Source: Vicugna vicugna
Taxonomy: Eukaryota
DNA length: 64,000 bases
NCBI GenBank assembly: GCA_013265495.1
Contig: MU058836.1
Location: 496,001-560,000, forward strand
Direction: 5' to 3'
A program made the position numbers and the translations under genes. The notes under the pieces were generated by a model. That model made no database searches, was not told the origin of the DNA, and saw only the letters and a list, made by a program, of their open reading frames with translations. This document shows, piece by piece, positions 23,791-35,830 of this stretch; position 1 is the first letter of the stretch; every line of letters starts with the position of its first letter.

Positions 23791-24819
23791 AGTTTTTAAT
23801 TCCATACAATGAGAATAACAAGACCTACCTCATAGGTTGCTGGAAGGAATAAAGGAGTCATCGATATAAAGCAAGAAGAATTGTGCCTGACCATTGGGTA
23901 AAGGTTAGCTATCATTATCCTTTCCACGTAGCCTTGACCCTGAACCGTACCCCCTAGATTATGTGCTTCCATATTGCCCCACACTTCCCTCATCACGATC
24001 CTTAACAAACTGAGCTCAAATGGAATCACAAGACAGCATTCCTTGAGAGCCTGCCTACGCAGGGCCCTATCCGTCTATGCTCAGAGTAGGGCCAGGAGCA
24101 CTGAATTGCACGACATAGTGAATGTTAGTTGAATGAACAAATGTTCAGGCCAAGAAGCCCTTTGACCACTGCCTGGAAGTCATCCTGGATGAGTTACAGA
24201 AACTCCCTCTCACCAGGGCTTCTGACAAAACATCTCAAGATGTCCGGGCTTCTGCGCCGGCACCCACGAACCAGAGACAAGCCCGTCAGCCCACGGAATT
24301 AGCAGCATGACAGGCAGGGTTACTCTCTCCTTCACTTGAAAAAGGAAAAGAAAAACCCATGAAGAGGAAAATGACTTAGTCATCACTGCCAGCCTTGGCA
24401 AATCAACATCGCTATTACCCACTCCAGAACTCAAGGAGCGACACGTAATTAGGCACAGGCTCAATCAGCAGCACGACGCGGGTTAGGGGAGCGCCCGGGT
24501 GTGAGAGGCTCATTTGCACTCGGAAGAGATGGGGATGTTGATTTCAATGCAAACACTGTCTCTCAGGTTCCCAATTAAATATGCACATTAATGTGTCGAA
24601 GGCCCTACTTCGGTGAGATGCTTTTTCTGAAAAAGGAGCAGAGAAGCGGTGTGGATGTGTTTTTGAGTGGCAACAGCAGGTTTATTATGACTTGACTTGT
24701 TTTCTGATTATAAAAGTAATATATTTTCATTGTAAACACCTTGGAAAATAGAGAAAACAATAAAGGAGAAAATTAAAATCTATAATAATCTTGTACCCTT
24801 GGTCCTATCATCCCTTTGA

Positions 24820-25340
24820 TTTGCTCTGTCTCTATTCAGTAACTCACTCAGTAAGTGATCTCACCCAGTCCCAGGACTTTAAATGTACCTCTACGCTCAT
24901 GATTCTCAAATTAGCATCTCCAGCCTCATCCTCTTCACCAAACTCCAGACTAGATGTCAAGAGACAGAGCCCGGTGGATATTTAATAGCACCAGAAACTC
25001 AACGTGGCCACAATGGATCTCTTGCTTTCTACCATCTCCTTGCAAAACTCTTTTCTCCTTGGATCTTCTCCACGTTAGTAAATGCCACCATTATCCACCC
25101 AGTTTCTTAAGCCAAAAACTTGAGGTCATGCCCTAACCTTCACACACATTTTGTCCATCAGCAACTTGGGCAGACACATCCAGTCCCGAACAATGGGTAA
25201 ACCTATTTTAACCCTACTTCCCCGAAACATCCCAATTTCTTATATATCCTTCATCTCTACTGCCATCCCCCAGGTGCAAGAGGTCAATACTTTGTCGCCT
25301 GGAATTTTGCAAGACCAGTCTCCTAGCCCACTTCTTTGCT
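24820..25340 (+). mobile_element. L2 LINE fragment carrying a 41-bp insertion at 25161-25201
   Basis: aagtgatctcacccagtcccaggactttaaatgtacctctacgctcatgattctcaaatt...aatgccaccattatccacccagtt...aagccaaaaactt. Confidence 0.75.
25161..25201 (+). repeat. Exact 41-bp direct repeat, copy 1 (copy 2 at 28599-28639)
   Basis: gcaacttgggcagacacatccagtcccgaacaatgggtaaa is identical at both positions. Confidence 0.95.
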
Positions 25341-26388
25341 TTCTCTGATCCTTGTATGGCAGGTGGAATGCTACCTGGTTATTTTCTCAAGCCTGATACA
25401 CAAAAGTAGAACCGCAAAACATAAATAATTTAAGGTCTTGATTATCTATGTATCTGCATCCAAGTCAATTGACAGAAATCATCTCCTAATAGCCACTGCA
25501 GCAGCAGGAACTGAGCATCTGGATTCTAACATAGCATCCCCAGTTGTGTCACACACTTGGCCAAGAGTAAGCCTGGATCTTTTCATTGGTTCACATTTCT
25601 CTCTCTGCTACTGACTGAAGCAACAATTACTTCTTTGATCATTTCGTATCTATATACCAGGAAGAATTTTCAATCGATGGCACAACTGAATCAAAAACAT
25701 AATTTTAAAAATGTTTCTCTTAATTGAACTTAGTATCTATCTGGTACCCCCATGTTATCCAGGGGCAGAAAACTCCAATCTATGTAATACTAAATAAACT
25801 GTCACGTAGGGGTTTTCTCTGCCACCTTAAGTTTAAAAACCAGTCAATTTGGATTTTCTCCACTCTTTCCTTCTGCCCATAACCTGAGATTTATCTAAGC
25901 TGATAGAGGTAGCAGGGTGGGGAGGGGCTTTATAGAATCCTAGCCCGAGACAGAAAGAGAGGGGGGTGATCTGGTTTATAGCTGTCACCTGTCCTTGGTG
26001 GAATCTACTAAGAATTTTGTGTTTTGTGGTCTTTGGTTAATCCACGTTTTTGGTTGGTATGTCCCCTGCCCATCATAAACTCCAGGTGTCAGTTGGTCCA
26101 AGCAGCCCATGTGTGAACTTCTGTTAACCACGCCGGACCCTCTTGGGGGCGAAGGGAACTTTCAGACACTCTTCCACGGCATGGGGGCCACGCAAGGCAG
26201 GGAGAGCTGGCTTCGGCTCTCTCCTTGTCCTGCTGTCTGCCATTCCATCTCCACTTCAGTCCACCATGCTCCCTCACTTGGGTTGCTTTTGGGGAGCTCT
26301 GCACAGGCCCTTTCTGCAGGCTTTCCAAGCCTAACCAAGCATTCTATCAGCTCCTGGCCTGGGATTAAGCTCAGGGAGGAGAGGATTA

Positions 26389-26790
26389 GTGTGACAGACA
26401 TGGAGATACGTTGCTGCCCAGATCCCTTTTCATGGAAGGACTTGCTGCCCAGCTGCAGGGAGAGAGCGCAGTCAGCAGATGGTCTCCAGCTGTCAGCTGC
26501 TCCAAGATGCAGAAAGCCACCTCCCTCAAGGTCATGCCCTTCCCAGAGCAGCTTGTATTGATGACCCGAGCAAGGTGGAGGAATAAAGGTCTAGCCACTC
26601 TACCCAACACAGAGTACTTGGATGAGTAATATTTGCTCCAAAGCTTTGCCAGGCTTGCATCCCAATTCAGTTTCTCCCTCTGCCCAGTGTTGCCTTCTTT
26701 CCCTTCCTTTCTTGGATGCTGATTCCTAATCAGCATTTTGCACCCTGAACTTCGTCTCAAAGTTACCTGCAGAGAACCCATCCTGGAACG
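26389..26790 (+). mobile_element. LTR16-family (ERVL) solo LTR
   Basis: gctgcccagatccctt...aggacttgctgcccagctgcaggga...aaggtcatgcccttcccagagcagc...ttctccctctgcccagtgttgccttc. Confidence 0.7.
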
Positions 26791-27717
26791 GTTGCTAAGC
26801 TGAGCCACATTCAGGGGCCCCGCTCAGAAATCCTCACTGTTCCTTCCCCTAGGGGCCCCCTGTCTCAGCCCAGCGCCTGGAATCCCTATGGATCTGACAC
26901 AACCAGACCATTAACTTTTAAAATATTATAACGTATTTCTTATTTTATATATTTCTTCATGTTTTTATATTTTTTAATATATCATCACAGAATCTCCCCC
27001 AAATCTATTGTAAACATCATAGCATATGGCTTTGGGCATAAGAAAAGCCAAGCTTTTGAGACTCAGAAATCTTTTCTATCTATCTGTTTTCCCTGCCAGG
27101 ACTTTGAAAAGGTTCTTTGAAACTCAAGATGGAGCATCGATGCCTTTATTCTCTTTTGTTTGGCTGTAGCCTCCCTTCCTTGAGGCAGTGAGCTTAGGCT
27201 GCCCTGGCTGCTGCCTGAAATGATAGGAAGTTCCCATATATTAGAAACGTGGAGGTATGTGCGTACAGAAGATGGAAAATATTCGGGCTAACTCAAAATT
27301 TTATCCGAGCTTATCTGCCAAATACCTGTAGCCTTCTAAACGCTGCTGAAAACAGTTGGAGCTCGAGTCTGTGCAGGTTCTGAAACCCAGACATGGGAGG
27401 TAAAGCTGCAGTAAGGTGAGAGCTCTCTAAAATCATAATTGGCAGTACTTAAAGCTAAAAGATATTCTTGGAATCTCCGAAAAATTGTAAATAAATTCTC
27501 CAAAAAAAAAAAAAAAGGTGCAAAGTCACCTGAAATAGTAACACACAAGAGTGGGGCACTTATATCTCAATACATATATGTCCTTCAGTAGATGGAATTC
27601 GAAATGTTAAGCAACAACAGGATAAAGAGTCCCAGAAGCAGATGTGGACGGTCCTATCAGAAAGTCCTTACCCAATGTGTAGGTTGACGAATGCAAAATG
27701 TTGGAAGTCTTCTGTTC

Positions 27718-28150
27718 CAGTGGTGGCCCTCAGGGAGCCACACTGTTTAGTCCATCCCCTAGCATGTGGGCTGCTCCACTGACTCACTTCAAACAACAGG
27801 CCTCAGAGGAAGGGATGCTGTGCTGGTTTGGGGCATAAGCCTAAAGAAGACCTATCAGCTTCCACCTCTGTGCCCTCAGGAGCCCCGTGCCCCCAGGCTG
27901 GAAGTCTAGCAACAGTGCTGGAGAGACCTGATGGAAAAGCCACAAGGAGAGAGAGGTCCTGAGATTACAGGCCCAGCCTCCCACTGTCCTGCCAACCAAA
28001 AACCACCACATAAGTGACCAGTCAGACCAGAAGAACTGCCCAGCTGGGCCCAGCCGAGTTTGAGGAAATAAGAGAAACAATAGAACACCTTCTGTTTTAA
28101 GCTGCTAAATTCTGTGGAGGTTTGTTACACAGCTTTCGTTAACTGGAGGA
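27718..28150 (+). mobile_element. MLT1F/G-like MaLR LTR
   Basis: agaagaactgcccagctgggcccagcc...ttctgttttaagctgctaaattctgtggaggtttgttacacagc. Confidence 0.7.
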
Positions 28151-28364
28151 CATTGTAGCTTACAGACCTCAAGTCTTCAGGGCGGGCCCTCTAAAATAAG
28201 AAATAAATTTACCAGACGTCTTAATTAAAGCCATTACACAGTCAGTTCACCTTACTCCTGTGCTGATTCCTGGCTCACCCCACAACCTTCCAAACCCATC
28301 CCTGACCCCCAGCTCCTGCCCTGCCCTGCAGTTCTGACTTAGGGGAAAGAAGCACTAGTGAAAG

Positions 28365-28630
28365 ACTGGCGAGAGCTTTCTTCCTGGCTTGCAGACGGCC
28401 GGCTTCTACTACGTCCTCACATGGCCTTCCCTCAATGTGTGTGCAGAGAGACAGCAAGCTCTCTGGTGTCTCCTCTTCTAAGGACAATAATCCTGTCATA
28501 TCAGGGCCCCACTCTTATGGTCTCATTTAACCTTGATCACCTCCTTAAAGGCCCTATCTCCAAATACAACGACACAGGGAGTTAGGGCTTCAACATATGC
28601 AACTTGGGCAGACACATCCAGTCCCGAACA
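28365..28630 (-). mobile_element. MLT1A/B-like MaLR LTR fragment
   Basis: cttcctggcttgcagacggcc...gtcctcacatggcc...gggccccactcttatggtctcatttaacctt...gttagggcttcaacatatg. Confidence 0.8.
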
Positions 28631-29499
28631 ATGGGTAAAGATACAGATCAATTAGGAAGCAAAGGGGAAGGGAGTGGAGGAAGTTCCTGCCTAGCGGCCG
28701 TTATCTTCTGTGGCCTACGATGCAAGATCCTCTGCTGATGATGAGTGGGACCTGGAGATGATGGAGGCCAGAAATAAGGCACACAGTTTTAGAACAGAGC
28801 AAGAGAAGGAGGAGGCAGGACAGTGGAAGCCTTGGCAGGGTGGGTTGAGAGTCCTGCTGCAGGTGAAGACACGGATGTGAAATGGAGCTACACCAGAGCC
28901 TGGCTAAGCACTTTAACCTGGGAGCCATCAATAGTTCAGGAGCAATCAGCGGTGCTGGAGCAGAGAAAAAAGAGCAGTGAATTTATCCTAGGCCACAGAG
29001 GAGTATGTGTGTGTGGGTGTCTGGGGAGTATGAGGGGGGTTGAATGGCCAAGGGATCCAGGCAAGGTTAGGAAAGCAGCAAAAAGGAGATGAGATCAGAA
29101 ACATTGTGATAAAAGTAAAGAGACAGCTCAGGAGTCTCTGAAAAATCGCCTCTCATTTCACAAGAGCTCGAGAAGGTTAATGGTTCCATTTGGGTCTAAA
29201 CCTGACAAAGCTGGGTTTGGTCGCTGCTTTGATCCCCTTTCAGACTCCGTGTCTTTGTCTCCTGGGATGGACTGCCTGGCTTGCACACTCAGCTGCCGGA
29301 TCACTTTTGTTACAAAGCCACAGAGATCATGGGAGATTTGTATGAAATGGTATTTATAAAGACAGGCTCCTCAAGGAAGAACAATTCTTGAGAATTTCAC
29401 CCAAAGAGACCCGCTTCCTTGGCAGAGAGAGATGACTAGCTGAGGTATTTGTGACATAATTACTGTGCATGGTGGTGGGAGGATTCCCCCAGGTCGTCC

Positions 29500-29720
29500 C
29501 CAGTCACGCCCCAGAGCCCTGGCACGGTTTAGAGGCCGCTAGCTCTGCCCCTTCTAGATATGTGACCTTGGGCAAGTCAATCAACTTTCCTGAGCCTGTT
29601 TCCTCATCTTGAAAATAACTTCTCTTCCAGGGCTGTCATGTGGGCAGAATGAGATAACGGATATGAAATAGTGCAAGGTGTAGTCATTAATTACTTGGTC
29701 GAAGTAAGTGCCCAAACATC
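29500..29720 (+). mobile_element. MIR SINE
   Basis: tgtgaccttgggcaagtcaatcaactttcctgagcctgtttcctcatct. Confidence 0.8.
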
Positions 29721-29933
29721 ACAGGTTTCTTTAAGGCTTATTATTGTCATTATCATCATCATCATCATCATTATTTTAAGAGCAGACTTACCTGGAGGAT
29801 GGTCTAGGGTAGGCTGACATACTGCTTTCAAGAAAGTTCCTTCAGGTCCCATTCAGATCCACAGAGGAGAACTGAAAGGTGGTGGCATCCATGAAGCTTG
29901 GAGCCCGTGTCAGAGCCGCCCCTGGGTCTGCCG

Positions 29934-30119
29934 CCATGGTTCTCAAGCTCTAGCGTGCTTCCAAGTCACCTGGAAGGCTTGTTAGAACACAGATGGCCGT
30001 TCTCCACCTCCAGACTTTCTGAATTAGTAGTTCCAAGGCGGGGCCCAAGAATTTCCACGTTTAACAAGTTCCCAGGTGCTGCTGCTTTTGCCCAAGAGCC
30101 CACAGTTTGAGAATCACTG
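29934..30119. mobile_element. MER5A hAT-Charlie DNA transposon
   Basis: Inverted termini catggttctcaa.../...ttgagaatcactg; internal ggggcccaagaattt...taacaagttcccaggtg. Confidence 0.85.
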
Positions 30120-33100
30120 ATCTGTAAGAACCACAGCCCTGACACCGGGCCCTGCTCCCCACCTGGCCCCTGTTCACAGAGGAGCCTCCGGCCCCGCTTC
30201 CTGGCAGCAGAGGAAGACAGGCTGCATTTCGCAGATGAGTAAGGACCTTTTTCCCTTCTTTCCCAATCAGCGGTCAGAAGGGAAAGTCACTGGATCTTAC
30301 TGATTAAACTCGAGAGCTGGCTCGGCCAGTCATCCGGGGAAGAGGGTTTAACCACACACCTAAATGAATGGGTTTGATCAATAATTAAGTGAGCTGTTCC
30401 TGGCGTGATTGTGATGGTGAAGACGTGGTCAAGCCGCCCGGCGAAGGAGGCGGTTGGGAGCGGTTTTGCTGGTTCCTGCTGGGTTCAAAAGGGCTTCAGG
30501 GAGTTGAAAACAGAGCCAAACAGAATAAATGTAGTTTTGAAAGCAGGAAATCGGCACTACTGAGAGGTAATGGTGAAGGGAATACAAAGTGTTGCTAAGT
30601 GTTGGCTTCTAAACCTTCTTCTCATACTCGGGAATTGCCAAACTTGGCAAGTTGAGTCCAGCTCCCACAAAAAGAGACAAAATGCCAGGCACTCTTTTCC
30701 TGGGCCTTCCCTGCGTTTAGGGGACCTGATGGAGACTTTGCCCACCGGTGCACTAACTTCTGACTCCATCCAAGGAGTAGGCATCAAGAATCTATCTGCC
30801 AGTGGGCAGGACAACAACGAGTTTCTTGAAGCATCTGGGGCCGTGGTCCAAGAGACCTCACGGGCACTCAGGTGGCTTCAGGACTCTAATGCCCAGGGAA
30901 GGCTGCACGGATGCCTTCACCGGGCCCGTGCTGGCCTGCTTGGCTGGCGCTATTCCTGGCTACAGCCCGGTGCCAGAGGGGTTCAGGGGGCACTTTGTCA
31001 TCTTTTGTTGTTATTTTATAACTTTGCTCATAGCTAAGAACCTGTTCAACTCACAGTGAGTTCCAAACAAACGCTGAAATCAAAAAGCCTAGTTCTGAGT
31101 CCTGCACTTTCACGTTCGATCCTTTTGAACAAATCTCAAGCTCTCCAACTCTTAATTCCTTAAGCTGTTAAAAGGGAAGAAGAGTAATTTCTCCATAAAG
31201 GAAGAGGAGGAACAAAATGAAATAAATATGTGAAAATGCTTTGAAAACCATACTGTACTGTAAAAATGTGAGTTGCTACTTTTATATAAACATGAGCTAG
31301 CACACACGGCCTCTATAACACAGGCTATATTTTGGCCCTTTCTCAAAATCAGTGAGCCTTTTCCTTCTCTATGCTCATCAGTATCTCAAAGCCTATGTAC
31401 TTAAAGCATTTTCACAATGAATTTTCATTAGCTGTTTACTAATCTAGCCCACTGGACTGTGAGTTCCTCAAGGGTAGACTCTAATTAGACCTTCTCTTTT
31501 CCCTCTGATGTCTGCTGGTACATAGTAGGTTCACAGTAATCGTCAAATGGGTGAAAAAAATAAAAGAATCTGCTGAGGCTTTCCTGAGCGTACCAGGAAG
31601 TTCCCAGCTCATGTGCAACTCGCACTTTCTTCCTCTGCAACACCTTTTGAGTCTGTAGCACGGCGCCCCAGTGGACAAAGCGGGGCGATGAGATGGAATG
31701 CGCTCCTGGCGAAGCTGCCGGCGGTCCTCCAGGTGCAAGTGATGGACACAGTGGAGGGAACGCATCTTAATTGGTAGCGCGAAAAACATTTCCCAGGTGC
31801 TGCGTTGGGTTGTAAGTGCCATCTGTCCTGCCACAGAGGATTAAAGGGAAGAATTCCTTTCTCCAGGTTCTGGGGATAGTGTAGGCAACAAGAAGCGTGT
31901 TGGTTGATATTAACTTGTCTGTGCTCCGCCTGGATAATTGCAGGCGAGGGAATCTGTCTAGGGCTTCCATTCTGAAGTCAAATGGATGGTGCAGTGGCAG
32001 GTCCCTCATTCCCAGGTGTCTGGTTGCGCTTGTTATAGGAATTCTGGGAAGAATTAGAATTCAACAATTTCTAGCCTCTCCTGAAAGGCTCTGGGTCAAT
32101 CCTCTCCACACTATTTGATGTTTGATTCTCCAGGTGCAGAAGAAATGAAATTTACTTCTTCATTCTGGCCCTGTCTTCTCGCAGACATCCTCTTTCATTC
32201 GTTTATTAACTCCAGTTTACTGAGTTACCATGAAGGCGCCAAGACCTGTGCTGGGACCTAGGGGACACCAAGGAAGGTATGACATTATTTTCAGAGCTCA
32301 GGAAATTCACTGTCTTGGATGGGCGGTGGAGGGGGGTCAGGCATAAACAAAATACAACCTAAAATAATAAGTGATATAATAGATATACAAAGAATTCTGG
32401 AGAGAGGGTTTTTTTTTTTATATATAATACACATGGTCATATCTGTAAAAGAACCCTAGAACTTTCAGCTACTTTGGCCAATAAATCCCTTTTTGTTTAA
32501 GCTGGTTTGCTCGTGGTTTTCAGCGTTCACAGCTCAGGAAGTCCTGACTAATGCAGGAGTCACATAAGGTGTTTGTTGAAGCCACATTTGAGCTGGGTGC
32601 TCCGGAGAGCATGGCACATGCAACCCCACGAAAGAACAAGGCCCGCCTTGGAGTGTTGAGATACTTGATACAATTGCATCTTTACCCTGCAGTCCAGATG
32701 AGTCTGAACACCACAAGTTTGAGAACCCGTGCTTTAAAGCGCACCCAACTGTTCACAGCTGCAGACTCTCCCAGCTTTGCTCCTTCAGTAAAGCAGACAT
32801 TCAAAAACTTCATACACATTACTCATCACACTGACCCTATGGAAATGCACTTAAAAGGAAGCATAACCCTATATCCTTGGCTTTCAATGCCTATAAGCTT
32901 CTTGAAAGGAGGGCTAAAGAATTTATCTAATTATTCTTTCTAAATGAAGAGAATTCCTTTCCTGAGACAAATGATGGCACCTGGGGTTGGGATAATGTTT
33001 CTCCTTGACACCCACAAATGAACAGTCAATGAATAATGAATGCATATACACAAATATTACTGCTTGGAGCTGTTTTTTTTTATTTTTGAGAGGGGGCATT

Positions 33101-33229
33101 ATATATGTTCCTGAACGTTAAGATGTTTATATCCCTTTGCCTAATTCATGTATAAACCTCACGCCTTAAAACTACATAAAGAAAGACTCAGTGAGGAACA
33201 GTGGCCCCATCTTCAGTAACAGTAATAAA

Positions 33230-33430
33230 AATAATGACATCCATTTATTACATAACTTCTCTGTGCCCAGCTCTATACTGTGTGCTTATATGCTTGACCC
33301 AATTTTGTCTTCAGAACAACCCTATGTGGTCATTCCCATTTTAGAGATGTGGAAACTGAGGCCCCAGGGAGTTTAAATAATTTTTGCCTGCAGCTAGTGG
33401 AAGTCAGAACAGGAATCCAGGTGGTTCCTT
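33230..33430 (-). mobile_element. MIR SINE
   Basis: cccattttagagatgtggaaactgaggcccca. Confidence 0.75.
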
Positions 33431-34699
33431 TCCACACACTTACCTCTCTGCCTCTCCAATTCCCTTATTCCCCAGCTCCAAAATCCTCCCCAGGGAGTGA
33501 GTTTCTGGCCCCTTCAGCTTCTATGGTGGGAGCTGAGTTTCTGGCAAGGAAGTTGGGGAGGAGAGGAATGGTTGTTAGGAAGTGGGGCGGCCACGGCCCC
33601 TCCATGTCATGTGGGACAAGGCTGAAGATCCCAGACATGTTTACTCCTGACGGGAAACAGGGCAAGATTACTCTCTCCAAACAGCCTAAGTCACTCCCAT
33701 GAGTGCGTTAGGAGGGAAATCTAGGACCTGGGTGGAGAATTCAATTACAGTCTTCTAACACCAGCAATCAAGAGGATGAGCTGGACAGCGGGGAGGGGAC
33801 TTAAGATGCTCAGGCGCAGGAGAGAAGGTGGCACTTCGTGGGGAAGAGGAAGCACTCTGGCCTCAGACATGCCTGGGTTGATGGAGCTCTCCCATGTCTG
33901 AGTGCTGCACCTGGGACAGCTGAGTTAAACTTCCCATCTCTCAGCCCTCGTTATGAATTAAGCCCAGTAACACCTACCCTGCAGGATGGGAACACATATT
34001 CAGAGCCGCCAGAGAGCAATGGAGTAATAATACTAAAATCACTGCCATAGACTGGACATCTCTCTTAGCACAGCTGTTTTAGATTCAAGCATCCAATAGA
34101 AAGGGTGGAGTAACTGCATTATCTGTAAAGAGTCCACCAGGGTAAAGACCTTTTTTAACCTCAATCTCCCCAAATGTGAACAGTTTTCTTCGTGACGCCA
34201 GAACAACACTTTGGAGAGCAGCACTGATTGGAGGGCGGGGGTAGGGTTTCACAGGAACTTCTTCCTCTCTGCGTGCCGCGTTGTGGGAGGGGTCGGAGAG
34301 GCTCCCATATTATGTATATTTCATCTCCAATAAGGGATCGGGTTACTCTGACGTAACCGCAGGGAGCCAGTTATTTACCCTCGATCCCTGTAAAATTCTC
34401 ACTACTGAGTTTACAGTTGATTGATTGTTCACTCCACATACTATAATTGCTTCATTAGAGGCTTCAGATGGTTCATTGTGTTGGCAACTTCCTGTAAAAC
34501 TGTCTGCACAATCAGGGCCAGACACATGCCACTTGAGTCATCAGGAATTGAAGCGTTTGTTTGTTTGTTTGTGTGTGTGTGTTTGTTTTCAAAAGGCAGC
34601 ATATTACACGGGATTTAATCCTGAGGCTGGGTGCGATCCCGCCAGCTGGGGGGCAGCACAGAGGCAAACAGATCCCTCCCTCAGTGATCTCAGCCGCTG

Positions 34700-35830
34700 C
34701 AGGGCGTAAATTACCAGCCGTTTATTAATGACTCCCTGATTTCCAGCTCCAGCCCCCACGTCTCTCAGGAACTTCAGAGAGAGATAGCCGAGTTCCTCAA
34801 GATAGCCCCCACCCTCGCTTGGATTATCCCACAGGCATCTCCAGCTCAGCATCCCTGATACTGAGTTTCTCATCCCCACTGCATCCTCACGCCCCTGAGC
34901 CCGGTATCCTCTCCCAGCTCCCAGCTAGCAGAGAGCATCCCATGCATGCAGTGGGATGTACCATCTCCACTGACCGCCCACAAGGCCTCCCTTCCCCGCG
35001 TGCTTACATCCAATCACCAAGCCCAGTGAATTCCCCCTTCCACTCCTGTTTTCTCCTCATTAGGGCCACTCCTCCATTTCCACGGTCACTTCCTTGGCCT
35101 AAGCTTCCACTGTTTCTTCCGCAGACTACAGCAACCGCCTCTTTTACTCAAGCTCCCTCCGGGCCACAGGAGCAGAGCCATCTTTTAAAACTCAAGTCTG
35201 ATAACATCACTTCCGTATTTACAGCCCTTTGAAAACTTTTCAAAGTCCTTAAGGAAAAAAAATCTTCACTGACTGGGTTATACCTGATCGTACTTTTTCC
35301 TCAGCACCTGGTATTCCTTCCCCTTTTTTCTTAAAAAAAAAAAAAAGAAAAATCCTTATTTCTCAGAACCCTCCTTGCTCCCTGATGTCAGGGGCCATGT
35401 CTCTTCCTCACCACCGAAGAACACCGTGGCCAGCAGGCTGCCAGCCGCAGAGCAGGGGCTGAGGACATACCCGCTGACCTGTGGCCATGAAGGAACACGC
35501 GGGGGTCTTCCCATTAGCCGGCTTTTCAGCCCTGTTCCAAATAGTGTCAGGGGTCTCTGGCTGTCCTCTCTAGAGCTGTCACAGCCCCTGTCCCTCCCTA
35601 CCTCCTTTACCCTACTTTCTCTTTCACTTGCTGCCCTCTGACCAAGCGCACACTTTCCCCACGTGTCCTATTTATCGTCTTACCCCCAAGGCAGTGTGTG
35701 CTACATGCAGCTAGGGACTTCTGCTTTGTTCACGGCTGGAAACCCAGAACCTAGAAGGCTCAAAGGCACGAGGTAAAAAGCTAACCAAATATTTCATCCA
35801 TCCATTTGTGTGTCTAAGTCATTCACGAAC
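34700..35830 (+). mobile_element. L2 LINE fragments
   Basis: ccacaggcatctccagctcagcat...catcttttaaaactcaagtctgataacatcactt...agggacttctgctttgttcacggctg. Confidence 0.6.

Noticed and set aside
25161..28639. 3.4-kb mobile element flanked by a 41-bp target-site duplication
   Set aside because: The L2 and MLT1 hosts continue into the interval and the interior is a mosaic of ancient repeats; templated insertion explains it better.
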